Source: Candidatus Poribacteria bacterium
GTDB lineage: Bacteria > Poribacteria > WGA-4E > PCPOR2b
Length of the DNA: 64,000 nt
NCBI GenBank assembly: GCA_965218095.1
Contig: OZ244587.1
Location: 4,480,001-4,544,000, forward strand
Direction of reading: 5' to 3'
Of the stretch, positions 52,641-63,895 are shown one piece after another. Within the stretch, counting starts at the first letter, position 1. Every line of letters begins with the position of its first letter. The position numbers and the translations under genes are program-made. The notes under the pieces are model-generated. The model was not told the origin of the DNA. It worked only from the letters and a program-made list of their open reading frames with translations, and ran no database searches.

Positions 52641-53906
52641 ATGTCAAATCGAAAGATCTACGCCCAACCCACTGCACTTTCAATCCTCGCCGAAGAGACG
52701 CCACCCATCCATCTGCAAACCGATCAGACCGCACAAATTGCCCTGCCGACTTCGCCGTCAAGACGGGGCGCCGCTTTTGAATTCCTGATCTTGAGCTATT
52801 ACAATTCGGTCAGTGAGCTAGTGGTCGAAGAGTGGTCAAGCTGTTTATACGGGCAGTCCGGCCAGCTCTATCAATGCGACGGCATCTTGTCCGATGGTCC
52901 GCGACGTTATCTGCTGGAGGTGAAGTTTTTTGAAAAACGTTCTGCTTCCGTCCGAGACATAGCAGTTCAAAGGCGTGAACAAGCAGCAAAAGATCTGGAT
53001 TGTCACGGCATCGTCTGTGTTTCGCTCAACGGTTTTGATGACAGCGTGCGCGAATGGTGCCAACAGGCGGATTCGCTCGAAATTCTGCTCGTGGATTGGA
53101 AAAACCTCCGCTCACACGTTCTGTCGCGTCTTTCGGGGTTGGCGTCTGTGCTGCTCGATCCATTCGAGTTGCAGAGCGATCTCATCACCAGCGTAACCGG
53201 AAGCCAACTGCGACTACAGCCACCACAATCCGGCGTACCACTCGCGGATTTCCCGGAGCTCATCGCTTTCCCGGACACGCTCGAAAAATGGATCCGTCGC
53301 TTGCCCAAGCTGGTGATTTCGCAACATCAATTGAGCTCAGGACAATTCGTCTACACTGAATCGGACGGCGCGGTGACGTTGATCGTCAATCGGAAGTCAG
53401 AGCTCAGCCTGTGGGAAGTGTGGCAGTTGGAAGATACGCTTTTCGGATATGCTGCGCGAATCTACAATGCGCTAAAAATCACGGCGCAAGCGGGCGGGAA
53501 ATGTGCGCATGAGCCCCGGAGTGTTATTCAGAAGTGGTTGCGGCGAAGAAGGTGGAAAACCGGGGATACGGGCATTCGCAAGGCGCTCGATGACCTCATC
53601 ATTCTTGGGTTCGTGTCGAAATGACCCGTTGGCAGGCGCATTCACTACTCCCTGACGTCAATGGGGACAGCTTACGTCTCGGCGAAAGATCAGGCAGAGA
53701 CTATCTTTCGCGATCGGTTGTATCAATGGCTTCCGTATCGAACCCTGTGCGAAGCAATCGAGGAGGGCAAGATTGAACCGAAGCGCGAATCCGTCATCCG
53801 GTACTTCAAGGAACAGTACCGTCCGTATGAACCCTATGCACGCTGCCTCTTCAACGACAATTCGACGGATGGGTTGCTTTCGCTGTATCGGACGTTTGAA
53901 ACGTGA
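52641..53906 (+). pseudogene. Mrr-like PD-(D/E)xK nuclease with winged-helix-like C-terminus; in-frame TGA at 53622
   Basis: RGAAFE...QCDGI...LEVK...SLNGF pattern; ORF 53661..53906 is in the same frame. Confidence 0.55.
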
Positions 53907-53981
53907 AACTGAAACGTGATGCGTAATGCGTAATGCGTAAAACGTGAAAGGTTTGATTCGTCAATCTAAAACATGGATTTT

Positions 53982-54120
53982 TATACTGTCCACCGCCAGA
54001 AACTGCGCTTTTCGGTCGTCTAATAGAGGCTTTGCGAAGAATCTTAGCGTCAGAGATCTTTCATTTTGTTCAGGATGACAGATGCCCCCAAAAGCGCAAT
54101 TTGACGCGGTGTTGAGTATA
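53982..54120. mobile_element. MITE-like element with TA ends containing a REP-like core
   Basis: TATACTGTCCACCGCCAGAAACTGCGCTTTT versus AAAAGCGCAATTTGACGCGGTGTTGAGTATA. Confidence 0.5.
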
Positions 54121-54502
54121 GGATTTACGGATTCGCTTTGTCTTTAATCCGTGTAATCCTCTCAATCCGTGCTCTAGGGCAAGTTTTGTGCAACGTAGCG
54201 GGAAATCGTTACAAAAGGCCGGAAATTGAACTTTACCGGCGGCAAATCGCTCCCGGTTCTGGGATCGGTAGTCGTCAATATGCGTGCTGGAATCGTGGCC
54301 GAAGTGGGGGAATCGTCGGTCCGGCTCGGTGAAACGGGGGTATCTAGGAAAAATCGGGCGTCGCCAGGGTGGAACTGCGCGCCGATTCCGCTGATTCTGT
54401 CTCAGAAAAAGTTCACGATTTCAACTTTGGAAACGAATCCACTGTTGGTTGCACATAATTTACGCGAGTCCATTCGTAGATTCGCAAATCCCTGTATTCC
54501 TT

Positions 54503-56212
54503 ATGCCGAGAAAATTTCTCACCGATTGGAAACGCTTATGGCGTGAACCTTCCGTTCTGATGCTCGTCATTCTCATCGGTGGGCTGCTAATTCTGTTTGT
54601 GGTGTTTCCGTTGTTTCAGGTGTTCAAAACCTGTTTCATCACGCACGATGGGGACGATTCGACACTCGCTTTGAAGTATGTCTGGGAACTCTTCGCTAAA
54701 TCTTACAATCTGCAGCCACTTTACAACAGCATCGTTTTGGGCATCTGCGTCTCGCCGCTCGGCACAACCATCGGATTTGCCTTTGCCTACGCCGTCACGA
54801 AGACAGATATGCGGCTCAAAGGATTCCTCCAAGCCAGCGCGCTCTTGCCAATTATTTCCCCACCCTTCGTTATTGCTCTCTCTGCGATTCTCCCGTTCGG
54901 TCGAAATGGACTCATTACCCGTAAACTCATCCTCGAAGGACTTGGCGTCGATCTTTACGCCGCAGGCTTCGACATTTATGGACTGACCGGGTTAGTCATC
55001 GTCGAGACGCTCGCGTACTTCCCCACTGCCTATCTGGTATTGGTTGGCGTATTATCGTCCATCGAACCGGCGTTGGAGGAAGCCGCGTTAAATCTCGGCG
55101 CATCTCGGTGGAAAGTGTTTCGCAGTGTGACCGTCCCGCTTGCGCTGCCGGGGATCGCTAGTGCGATGCTGTTGCTGTTCATAGAGTCGATGGCAGACTT
55201 CGGCAACCCGCTCATTTTAGCGGGGCGATTCAACATCCTTTCTGTGCAAGCATATCTCCAAATCACCGGCAACGACAACCTCTCCGGCGGGGCAGCTTTG
55301 GCGATGGCGCTGCTGATTCCTTCGCTCATTGTCTATTTCTTTCAGCATTATTTCTTGCGTCAAAAGGCGTTTACCACGTTAACAGGAAAGGCGTCTGGCG
55401 CGGGGCTCAAAACGGTTGATAAGCGAATGAAGTATCCCCTGGTGGCTATGTGTTGGGGAACGGGCGGATTTGTCTTTCTTTTCTACGGATTGGTGCTGGT
55501 AGGTTCATTCACGAAGTTGTGGGGCGTAGATTATTCGTTGACGCTGGGCAACTATGTGGAAGCCTTCCGACTGGGGATGGATTACATTCTGGACTCGCTG
55601 CTGCTTGCAGCGACTGCCACACCGCTTACCGGTCTGCTGGGGATGGTCATCGCATTTCTGGTTAAACGAAAGCAGTTCATCGGTCGGAGCCTGATTGATG
55701 TGACATCCATGTTGAGCTTCGCGATGCCGGGGACCGTAGTGGGCATTGGCTACATCCTCGCTTTCAACCAGAAACCGCTCATGCTCAGGGGGACTGCGGC
55801 TATCATCGTGCTGCTGTTCATCTTTCGTAATATGCCTGTTGGAATTCGTGCTGCCGCTGCCGCGCTTGATCAGATTGATCTGTCGCTGGAGGAAGCTTCA
55901 ACCAATTTGGGCGCAGGGAGTATGACTACATTTCGTCGCGTGCTGCTGCCATTGCTTGCACCGGCGTTTTTCGCTAGCCTTGCCTACAGCTTTGTCCGGT
56001 GCATGACCGCCATCAGTGCAGTGATCTTTGTCGTTTCCGGGCGGTGGAATCTAATCACGGTGGCAATTCTGGGATTCGTGGAAAACAGCGATTTCTCACA
56101 AGCGGCTGCGCTTTCGATTATCCTCATCGGGTTTGTGATGACCGCTTTGGGACTGATTCAGCTTGCGTTGACGTCGGTTTTCAAGCGGGGTATCACGGAA
56201 TTTTTGGAATAA
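54503..56212 (+). CDS. FbpB-type (Fe3+/sugar-phosphate) ABC transporter permease
   Basis: Two LEEA..NLGA loops; SPPFVIAL and DFGNPL motifs. Confidence 0.88.
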   Translation: MPRKFLTDWKRLWREPSVLMLVILIGGLLILFVVFPLFQVFKTCFITHDGDDSTLALKYVWELFAKSYNLQPLYNSIVLGICVSPLGTTIGFAFAYAVTKTDMRLKGFLQASALLPIISPPFVIALSAILPFGRNGLITRKLILEGLGVDLYAAGFDIYGLTGLVIVETLAYFPTAYLVLVGVLSSIEPALEEAALNLGASRWKVFRSVTVPLALPGIASAMLLLFIESMADFGNPLILAGRFNILSVQAYLQITGNDNLSGGAALAMALLIPSLIVYFFQHYFLRQKAFTTLTGKASGAGLKTVDKRMKYPLVAMCWGTGGFVFLFYGLVLVGSFTKLWGVDYSLTLGNYVEAFRLGMDYILDSLLLAATATPLTGLLGMVIAFLVKRKQFIGRSLIDVTSMLSFAMPGTVVGIGYILAFNQKPLMLRGTAAIIVLLFIFRNMPVGIRAAAAALDQIDLSLEEASTNLGAGSMTTFRRVLLPLLAPAFFASLAYSFVRCMTAISAVIFVVSGRWNLITVAILGFVENSDFSQAAALSIILIGFVMTALGLIQLALTSVFKRGITEFLE

Positions 56213-56325
56213 AGGTTTCGCAGGCGATTTAGCCCCGATAATTCCCTTGACATCTGTCCTGAGTCGAGTAAAATATCAACCGCTAAATCGAATAACCAAT
56301 CATTCCAGAAGGAATATAACTCATT

Positions 56326-57090
56326 ATGGCAACATCACAATTGGCAGCCCAACTGTATACGGTACGCGATTTCACCAAAACCCTAGCTGGCATCGCCGAG
56401 ACAATGAAGAAGGTCAAGCAAATCGGCTATGACGCCGTGCAGTGTTCCGCCCTTGGCGTTATCGATGCTCACGAGTTGAAAAAGATCATTGACGGCGAGG
56501 GCTTAACCATCTGCGCTACGCATACGGACTATGAACGGATGCGTGATGAACCCCAGGCGGTCATCGATGAGCACAACCTCTGGGGCTGTAAACACGCAGC
56601 AATTGGCAGTTTACCGCAAGAATATCGCAACGCGGAGGACTTCGTCAGATTTGCAAAAGAAGCTTCTGAAGTCGCTAAAAGACTTGCGGAGGGTGGACTG
56701 ATCTTTTCCTATCACAATCACAGCTTTGAGTTGGAGAGGTTCAACGGGCGCACAGGGTTGGAGATTTTGTACGAGGAGAGCGATCCAAGATACTTCAATA
56801 GCGAGATTGATACATACTGGATCCAACACGGCGGCGGTGATCCGGCGGCATGGATACGCAGGCTAAAGGGGCGCGCCCACATCGTTCACCTGAAAGACAT
56901 GGTGATGCAAGGCCGCACGCAGTTGTTTGCTGAGATCGGAGAGGGAAATCTGAATTGGCCCACGATCTTTGATGCGTGTAAAGAAGTCGGTGTGGAGTGG
57001 TACATCATTGAGCAGGATACCTGTCAACGCGATCCATTCGAGAGCTTGGGGATGAGTCTGAGGAATCTCAAGGCAATGGGGATTCAATAG
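56326..57090 (+). CDS. Sugar phosphate isomerase/epimerase (TIM barrel)
   Basis: QLYTVRD, YHNH, EIDTYW, HLKD and IIEQD motifs. Confidence 0.88.
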   Translation: MATSQLAAQLYTVRDFTKTLAGIAETMKKVKQIGYDAVQCSALGVIDAHELKKIIDGEGLTICATHTDYERMRDEPQAVIDEHNLWGCKHAAIGSLPQEYRNAEDFVRFAKEASEVAKRLAEGGLIFSYHNHSFELERFNGRTGLEILYEESDPRYFNSEIDTYWIQHGGGDPAAWIRRLKGRAHIVHLKDMVMQGRTQLFAEIGEGNLNWPTIFDACKEVGVEWYIIEQDTCQRDPFESLGMSLRNLKAMGIQ

Positions 57091-57109
57091 AGAAGGGCAC
57101 GATTCCTTT

Positions 57110-57444
57110 CTCCACAATCTGGAAATCTGGCGAATAAAAAAATTGCCTCTTGACAGGCTAGCTGCCAATTCTTGTGGCGTATAAACGAGAATATCCAGCG
57201 AAAAATGACGTGGAAAGAGCAGGCGTTGCACCAGTATCCGGCGATCACGAGGTGAAGCAGACGTTTCTTTCACGATGAACAGATCAATATCACTATCTGA
57301 ATCTGGCGTCGGCTGTCCCCACGCGTGCGAACCGAAAAGGATGATCCGCTTGGGTTGGTATTCTTGGGCAGTCCGTTGAGCGATGCTTTGAATGAGTGAT
57401 TTTTCGGTTGAATTTATTTCTTATCTTGACTCGCTTTCTAGCAT
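57110..57444 (-). pseudogene. Minimal nucleotidyltransferase (MNT antitoxin) remnant
   Basis: RIILFGSHAWG...DSDIDLFIV...LDILVYTP; early stop and truncated end. Confidence 0.7.
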
Positions 57445-57577
57445 AGTCATGGGGATTAGTCTGAAGAACCTCAAGGCGATGGGGGTTCAATAGAAAAGAT
57501 GTGCTTTATTTGGCGTGCAAGGCTTGTTTCTGTTGGGCGATGGCCTAAAAATCCTTTCAAACGAGAAACTGCCTAAC

Positions 57578-58444
57578 CTACTTCACGATCTGCACAGCCT
57601 TGATCCGGCGATACAGAATCCAAAGACACACGCCAACCATCCCGGTGAGCGTCAACAGCGACCAGAGCCAGTGTAAGGCGTATCCAGGCGGTAAACCGAA
57701 TAGCTTGGATCCGAGAATATCGTAGTTTGCCCAGATGGAGATCATCGCCAGCTTACTGCTATCGGTAATCTCCCGAATAATCTCGTAAATCAATGGCGTT
57801 CCAAGAAAGATTGCGGCAAAACCGATGGCGGCATAGCGGGCGTTCGATGTCAGCGACGACACCGCGACAATGAGAAAGCTTGAGGGAATAATGATGACCA
57901 GTGAATAAAGGACAATTGATCCAATCAGCCAGTAGTTTTCTCGGATAAATGTGAAATCATTAACAAGCAAAAGGTGTTCAATAAACAGCAGGAGACCTGG
58001 TATTAAAGTGATTGACGAGAGCAAGATGAACATCACCGCTAGTTTGCCGATAAGATAATCTCTCCACGAGATTGGTTTGGAAAGGTAGATTTGCAGGGCG
58101 TTATGCTTGAGGTCGTTGGCGATTAAGCCCGCGCCACCGAATACCCCAAGTAAACCGATGAATAATCCTGATGGGGTAGGTTGGCGCAGTAAGAATTGAT
58201 AAAAAAATTCAGCATCGATCTGGATGGGAATGGGAAATCGCATTTCGGTGAGGCGATTCACTCCATAGATAAACACTCCGTGCACGAGAATATAGATTGC
58301 CGGCGGAATGGCGACGATGAAGCGTACCCATTTGCGCTGCGCCAGGCATTTCAACTCCGCTTTGGTGATAATCCACCAACGCATAGAAGTACACGGCTTT
58401 AGTTGTCCATCCCAGTGATGGTAGCTCAAGTCGTGGATTGGCAT
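57578..58444 (-). CDS. ABC-2 type transporter permease
   Basis: LIANDLKHNALQIYLSKPIS..DYLIGK motif; multiple TM helices. Confidence 0.8.
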   Translation of the reverse strand: MPIHDLSYHHWDGQLKPCTSMRWWIITKAELKCLAQRKWVRFIVAIPPAIYILVHGVFIYGVNRLTEMRFPIPIQIDAEFFYQFLLRQPTPSGLFIGLLGVFGGAGLIANDLKHNALQIYLSKPISWRDYLIGKLAVMFILLSSITLIPGLLLFIEHLLLVNDFTFIRENYWLIGSIVLYSLVIIIPSSFLIVAVSSLTSNARYAAIGFAAIFLGTPLIYEIIREITDSSKLAMISIWANYDILGSKLFGLPPGYALHWLWSLLTLTGMVGVCLWILYRRIKAVQIVK

Positions 58445-58573
58445 AGGTTGAGTCCTTTCTTAATCAAACACTGTATGTTTGGCCTGATGTATTGCGTATT
58501 GTGTGATGCGTAGAACGTAATGCGTAAAATGTGAAATCCCTAACTAATTTTGAAGATTAAAGTTCATATTTTG

Positions 58574-58652
58574 GAGGGTAGGAGAACGCTGCTCACTTAG
58601 CCTCTCCTCCGAACCGTGGCGTACACTTTCACCGAGCCGAGCACGGCTCTCC
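58574..58652 (-). other. Degenerate group II intron domain V/VI fragment
   Basis: Minus strand GGAGAGCCGTG...GTGAAAGT...CACGGTTCGGAGGAGAGG...CTCCTACCC. Confidence 0.55.
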
Positions 58653-58951
58653 GAATCTATGTTTGAATGTAGATGTTTTGATAAAAACTGGAAGGATCGT
58701 GATTACGGTATCAAAATGAGTTCGTTGGATATTTTGTAGAAGGAGAATTTTGGCTTTGGGCTTTTTGTTCTTTAAATGTGGCAAGATATAGCGGTTAAAA
58801 TCCTTACGGGAAACCTGCTTGGGAACCTAGTGTTGTATCTCGATTGCTTTTGATCGTCGTGTTCCATATAAAGTGAATGGGTATCCGAAGCGGAAATTTT
58901 GGGACATAAATTATCTCCCTTCCTTCCTCTGTTTTACCGCATCTTTATATT

Positions 58952-59515
58952 TTACTCAATATGACTTCGATGATATTCGCGATGACAGCCATCACACCTC
59001 GCGAAATTGTCTATCAAGTCCAAACGGGTTCCACATTGACACATCCAACCGTGTTGTCGCGCAGGATTGCCATAGACTAAGGCATAGGCAGGCACATCCT
59101 TCGTCACCACAGATCCGGCGCCGATGAAGGCGTGCTCTCCGATCGTAATGCCGCAGACAATTGTCGCATTGGCGCCGATTGTGGCGCCGCGTTTGACCAG
59201 CGTAGGCTCGTACTCATCAATTGCCTTGGGAAAAGCGCTCCTCGGATTGGACACGTTCGTAAACACCATTGAGGGTCCACAAAAGACGTCGTCTTCGATT
59301 GTCACCCTTTTATAAACAGAGACATTGTTTTGGATCTTGACGTTGTTTCCGATAATCACCCCACTGTCAATATTCACGTTCTGCCCAAGCACGCAATTCC
59401 GTCCAATCTGGCTGTTTTTCATAACATGACAGAAATGCCAGATCTTGGCGCCGTCACCAATCGAAACCGGTTCATCGATATAAGATGATTCATGAACAAA
59501 ATAGGACTTTTCCAT
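58952..59515 (-). CDS. WbpD/WlbB-like hexapeptide N-acetyltransferase
   Basis: [16 protein letters not shown] and [11 protein letters not shown] motifs. Confidence 0.88.
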   Translation of the reverse strand: MEKSYFVHESSYIDEPVSIGDGAKIWHFCHVMKNSQIGRNCVLGQNVNIDSGVIIGNNVKIQNNVSVYKRVTIEDDVFCGPSMVFTNVSNPRSAFPKAIDEYEPTLVKRGATIGANATIVCGITIGEHAFIGAGSVVTKDVPAYALVYGNPARQHGWMCQCGTRLDLIDNFARCDGCHREYHRSHIE

Positions 59516-59550
59516 TCAACTTACCTTTCCTACCGACATAGACACTACGA

Positions 59551-60609
59551 TTACGCATCACGCTTGATGTCGACCGGTTCACCGTTCTGGTTGCGAGATT
59601 TCTGTGCAGCTTGCAGGACTCGCACAACCCGGAGCCCATCCCTCCCATCGCTTCTGGGTCTCTGATGATTCATAATGCAGTCGAGAAAGTGTTGACATTC
59701 TAGCTTTAGAGGCTCCATCATTTTGATGTATGGCACTGTGATATCACCGAATCGCAGGCTGAGGGCTTCGCCATAGGAGGCATAATCGGTGTTGTTGGCA
59801 ACGCCCTTGTTATAAATTTTGACCATTTCCGTCGTCTCCATATCGTCAAAAACTGCTATTTTGTCACTGCCAACAATTGTCGTTCGACGGAGCTTGTGAG
59901 GGTCTAACCAGCTCAATTGGCTATGAGCGATTACCCCACTGGGAAATTGGAGATTGACGAAAACTACGTCGTCGACACTTTCTTGTAAATAGGTGGCGCC
60001 GCGAACAGATACGTTCTCGGGTTCGGCATCAAGCAGGTACATCGCTACAGATAAATCGTGAGGGGCGAGACTCCACATCGCGTTTTCATCGCGTCGGATT
60101 TTACCTAAGTTGACCCGCTGCGCATACAAATAATAGATCTGCCCGAGTTCACCCGCCTGGATGAGCGTTTTCAATTTTTCAACCGCCGGATGATATTCCA
60201 TCAGGTGTCCGACCATTAAGATTCGATTCGTCTTTTCAGAAAATCGTCTTTTCAGAAAATTGAACCAATTCGACAGCATGTTGGACATCCAGCGTCAGCG
60301 GTTTCTCAATGAAGAGGTGCTTCCCGTGTTGGAGGGCTTTGAGGGCAAAAGCATAGTGAGTTCGCGCCGGCGTTGCGATGACAATCGCGTCAATCTCCGG
60401 ATCGCTCAGGAGGGCATTGTCAGGAGGGCATTGTAGTTATCGGTGACCCCGAGATATGGATATTGCTGTTTGGCTTTGGCTAAATTGTGAGCCTCTAGGT
60501 CGCAGCACACCTTCACACGACAATCGGAGAGTTCATCAAAATTCCGAAGCAAGTTCGGCCCCCAATACCCCACTCCAACCATTCCGAGGGTTATCCTGGA
60601 TTCTTTCAT
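59551..60609 (-). pseudogene. Gfo/Idh/MocA oxidoreductase (NDP-sugar pathway type) broken by two tandem duplications
   Basis: GVGYWGPN, IEKPL and SLAPHD motifs; 14-nt and 16-nt duplications. Confidence 0.85.
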
Positions 60610-61018
60610 GTTGTTTCAACCTGCCCGTTGTAAGAAGGACGTCTGACGAGCAATAGGCGTTGGTCGCCTGCGTGAGGCTGGGCTTCGACGGGCAGGCCGA
60701 CCTCCGATGGGGCATCTTTGAGCATGACTTCGACATCTGGCTTTTAACAGCTCGCAATTAGAACTTGTAATCTAGGCATGGAAGATTCCTGTCATAAATC
60801 TTGTGAGGTGTGAGGCGAAAGCGGTTCAAGCACATGTCAACGCAGGGCGTGCAGCGATTAGCAGGGGGTTGAATAACAATAGCATACCTAACATTGCTTG
60901 TCAAGGAAGAATTCATGATTTATCGGGACAACTCGCCAGATTCGGAATCGTTTCCAACGCTAACTATCATATGCATGCGAGGAGTTGTGTCAACAAAACA
61001 GGAGCATTTTTTCATTTG

Positions 61019-62157
61019 CCCCCAGTTTTTAATGGGGGCGCATCATGGGCGGTTTTGTCAGCGATAGGTGTGAGAAAGGATTGTCAGATATGGTAAAATA
61101 CCTCCTTACCCAAAACAGTCATTGTTTGAAGCAAGGAGGTATTATGAAAGGAAAACAGCCCAAAAGCGGGTGAATTCCATTCATTGATTCGGTCTTTCCA
61201 ATCCATGCAGTGATGCACTGTTGGCTCGCTTTCGTGTTAAGTTGCGTTTGTCGAAATCACAAAAAGCACACCTTGATTTTGACAGATGAAATCGACCTAA
61301 TTGGCGATTTCAAAGCGATTGTTGCCGCTCTCCTGTTTCGACACCGGGCGATACCTATCTACTGGCACATCTATAGTGACGCTGAGATTCGGAGTATGAC
61401 ATATAAAAGCCACAATGAGATTATCCAACGCTTTTGTGTCACGCTCTATCGCCAGACCCAAGCGGCTTTACCCCAACCGTGTAAACCGGTGTTGATATTT
61501 GACCGAGGGTTTGCCCGTGGCAGATATGTGATAAAGTTTCTCAAAGCAGAAGCGATTCTGTTTGTGATGCGCGTCTGTCGCAACGTTCGCATCACTGTTG
61601 ATGGGAATGTCAAAACGATGGCACAGTTGAAGGCAACCGGGTTCTATCCACAGATTCTCTATCACCCAACAGAGCAGATTCGACTAAACCTGTATGTGGT
61701 CAGAGATGCGCGGTTTTGTGAGGCGATGTATCTGATTTCAAGCCATCTGACGGGGAGTCAAATCCACCGCTGTTATAAGCGACACATGCAGATTGAACAC
61801 GGATTTCGCGAATCAAAACCGGCTTTGGCTTTGGCAATTTAGTTCTCAAGAAACCGACAAAATCCCGCATCAATTTGTTATGGCTGTTGGCTTGTCTCAC
61901 TTACGGGTTACTGTTTATCATTTATCAAAAGTCCGGCGACCGATGGGCGAAAGTATTCAACACGACGACAAAGACCTATTCGCTGATTATGGTGATAAAG
62001 CGCGTGATTTCTGATGCGTGGACGGGGTGGTGTCTGAGTCCCTTTTTCACGCTTCCCCTGTGTCGGAGAGATACGCTTCAAGACGCTTAACGACAACGAT
62101 TCTCACGCAGGTCACTTCTCAAAACCCGTCAACTCTATACTCTTGAAAAACTGGGGG
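61019..62157 (+). mobile_element. Degenerate IS4-like element
   Basis: TIRs CCCCCAGTTTTT and AAAAACTGGGGG; IFDRGF and YKRHMQIEHGFR motifs; frameshifted. Confidence 0.75.
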
Positions 62158-62204
62158 TAAATGAAACTGAAAAACTTGTATTATCTAAATCCGCGATATG
62201 TTAT

Positions 62205-62388
62205 TAGGACTTACGCACTTCCGTTTGTAGTAGCGCAATTCATTGCGCGTCCGGACGGGCGATAAATCACCCTACTACAAACCTAAAGGCCACTGTAGTT
62301 GCCCGATTCATCGGGCGTCGGGAGTTATGTTCTCCGGCGATGAATCACCGAGCTACAGGACTTTCAGCGTTCAACTGCGTAAGTCCTA
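62205..62388. mobile_element. MITE with IS701-like ends carrying GTAG-type REPs
   Basis: TAGGACTTACGCA ... TGCGTAAGTCCTA; TTAT duplicated on both sides. Confidence 0.75.
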
Positions 62389-62593
62389 TTATTATAACGC
62401 AACTTGCCAACTAAAGCCTCAGCGGGGCGATAGGTATATAGAAAAATGTTGGTGGTTTCTTCCACTCCAGTTGCTTTGAATCCCGATCGCAGCATCGGGG
62501 CGGAGCGGTATGTGGAATCTACCACTCGGGTTACTACATTTATAATATAAACGAGAACTTCTTTGCGGATGGATAAATCGAAAGGACACAAAC

Positions 62594-63616
62594 ATGTCAA
62601 AAAAATTGAAAGTGGCAGCAGTGGGGTGTGGCGGAATTGGAATGCGACATCAACTTGGATACCTCGAACACCCCCAAGCGGAACTCGTTGCTGTTTGCGA
62701 TATCGATGAAGAAAAAGCGAAAAACCGCGCGCAGGAGCTCGACATCACCAATTGGTATCCGTCAATTCAGGAGATGGTGGTAAACGAAGAGTGTGACGCG
62801 ATTGATGTTGTTACAGCAGACCATCTGCACTTTGAGCCGGTCATTGAATGCTTGGAGGCGGGGAAGCATGTGATGTGCGAGAAACCGTTGTCGCTTAAAA
62901 TTGATGAAGCGGCACAAATGGTTGCAAAGGCAGAGGAGAAAGGCATGCACCTCGCCATTGACTACAACCGCCGCTTCGCACCGGGGTACGCAAAGGCGCG
63001 GGAATGGTTTGATAGCGGTACCTGCGGACAGATCACGTACATCGACATGAAGTTGTCGCAGGGAGGACCGGTTTCGACGTGGAAGGGACCTTACTATCTG
63101 CTGTACGAACTTCAGACCCACGCAATCGATCTGTTGCGCTGGTTTGGCGGTGAAATCGTTGCGGTCTGCTCGCAGATGGCACATCCGCGCATCAAAGACG
63201 CAAACCCCGATGAGCACCCGTGCTGGACGAGCATGGCGCTCTCTATGCGATATGAGACCGACGCCGTCGCTTCGCTGCTCGCCAGTTGGGACAGTGATTT
63301 CACACACCCGATTGAACGCCTCGAAATCTGTGGCATGGATGCGGAGATTGTCGTCGATAATGTCCTCAGTCGTGCAACCCTGATGAGACGGGACGATTCG
63401 GTCGTCGAAGAATACCGCCCCTCCATTTTTCGGATGGAACAGCTCGCCTTTGACGTCACCTTTGCGTTACGCGTCAAGGCGTTTGTCGATGATCTTCTCA
63501 ACGGTCGTCCGCCGGTGCCCACCGGTCGGGATGGGCTTCAGGCGTTGCGCGTTGTGGAAGCTATTGTGCAATCCTGGGAGGAGAAGCGGGAGGTTGCTGT
63601 CCAACGCGATGAATGA
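62594..63616 (+). CDS. Gfo/Idh/MocA family oxidoreductase
   Basis: VGCGGIG, GKHVMCEKP and YNRRF motifs. Confidence 0.9.
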   Translation: MSKKLKVAAVGCGGIGMRHQLGYLEHPQAELVAVCDIDEEKAKNRAQELDITNWYPSIQEMVVNEECDAIDVVTADHLHFEPVIECLEAGKHVMCEKPLSLKIDEAAQMVAKAEEKGMHLAIDYNRRFAPGYAKAREWFDSGTCGQITYIDMKLSQGGPVSTWKGPYYLLYELQTHAIDLLRWFGGEIVAVCSQMAHPRIKDANPDEHPCWTSMALSMRYETDAVASLLASWDSDFTHPIERLEICGMDAEIVVDNVLSRATLMRRDDSVVEEYRPSIFRMEQLAFDVTFALRVKAFVDDLLNGRPPVPTGRDGLQALRVVEAIVQSWEEKREVAVQRDE

Positions 63617-63895
63617 TGCTATCAGGGGTGGCGGTTGGGTGTTAATGTAAATTGCCAGAATCAGGATGCTCAGTCTGGGAGGATTCTTAGGATAATGAAT
63701 GGCAACGGATGGAATCAATCCTGTAAATCCTAAAATCCAGTAAATCCAGATTCAGACAAAATGTTGCGAGAATTTTAGAGGATATAGTATAATAGCGTAG
63801 GGAAGAAAACCGGAAAAAGGGAAGAATTTGATCGGATTAATGTACCCGCAACAAAACAGGGTGTATTCACCCCAAAAAAGGATTTGATAAGCAAT

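Noticed and set aside
53622-53624. Selenocysteine read-through of the in-frame TGA
   Set aside because: Not a redox-type protein and no evident SECIS; a simple nonsense mutation fits the general decay
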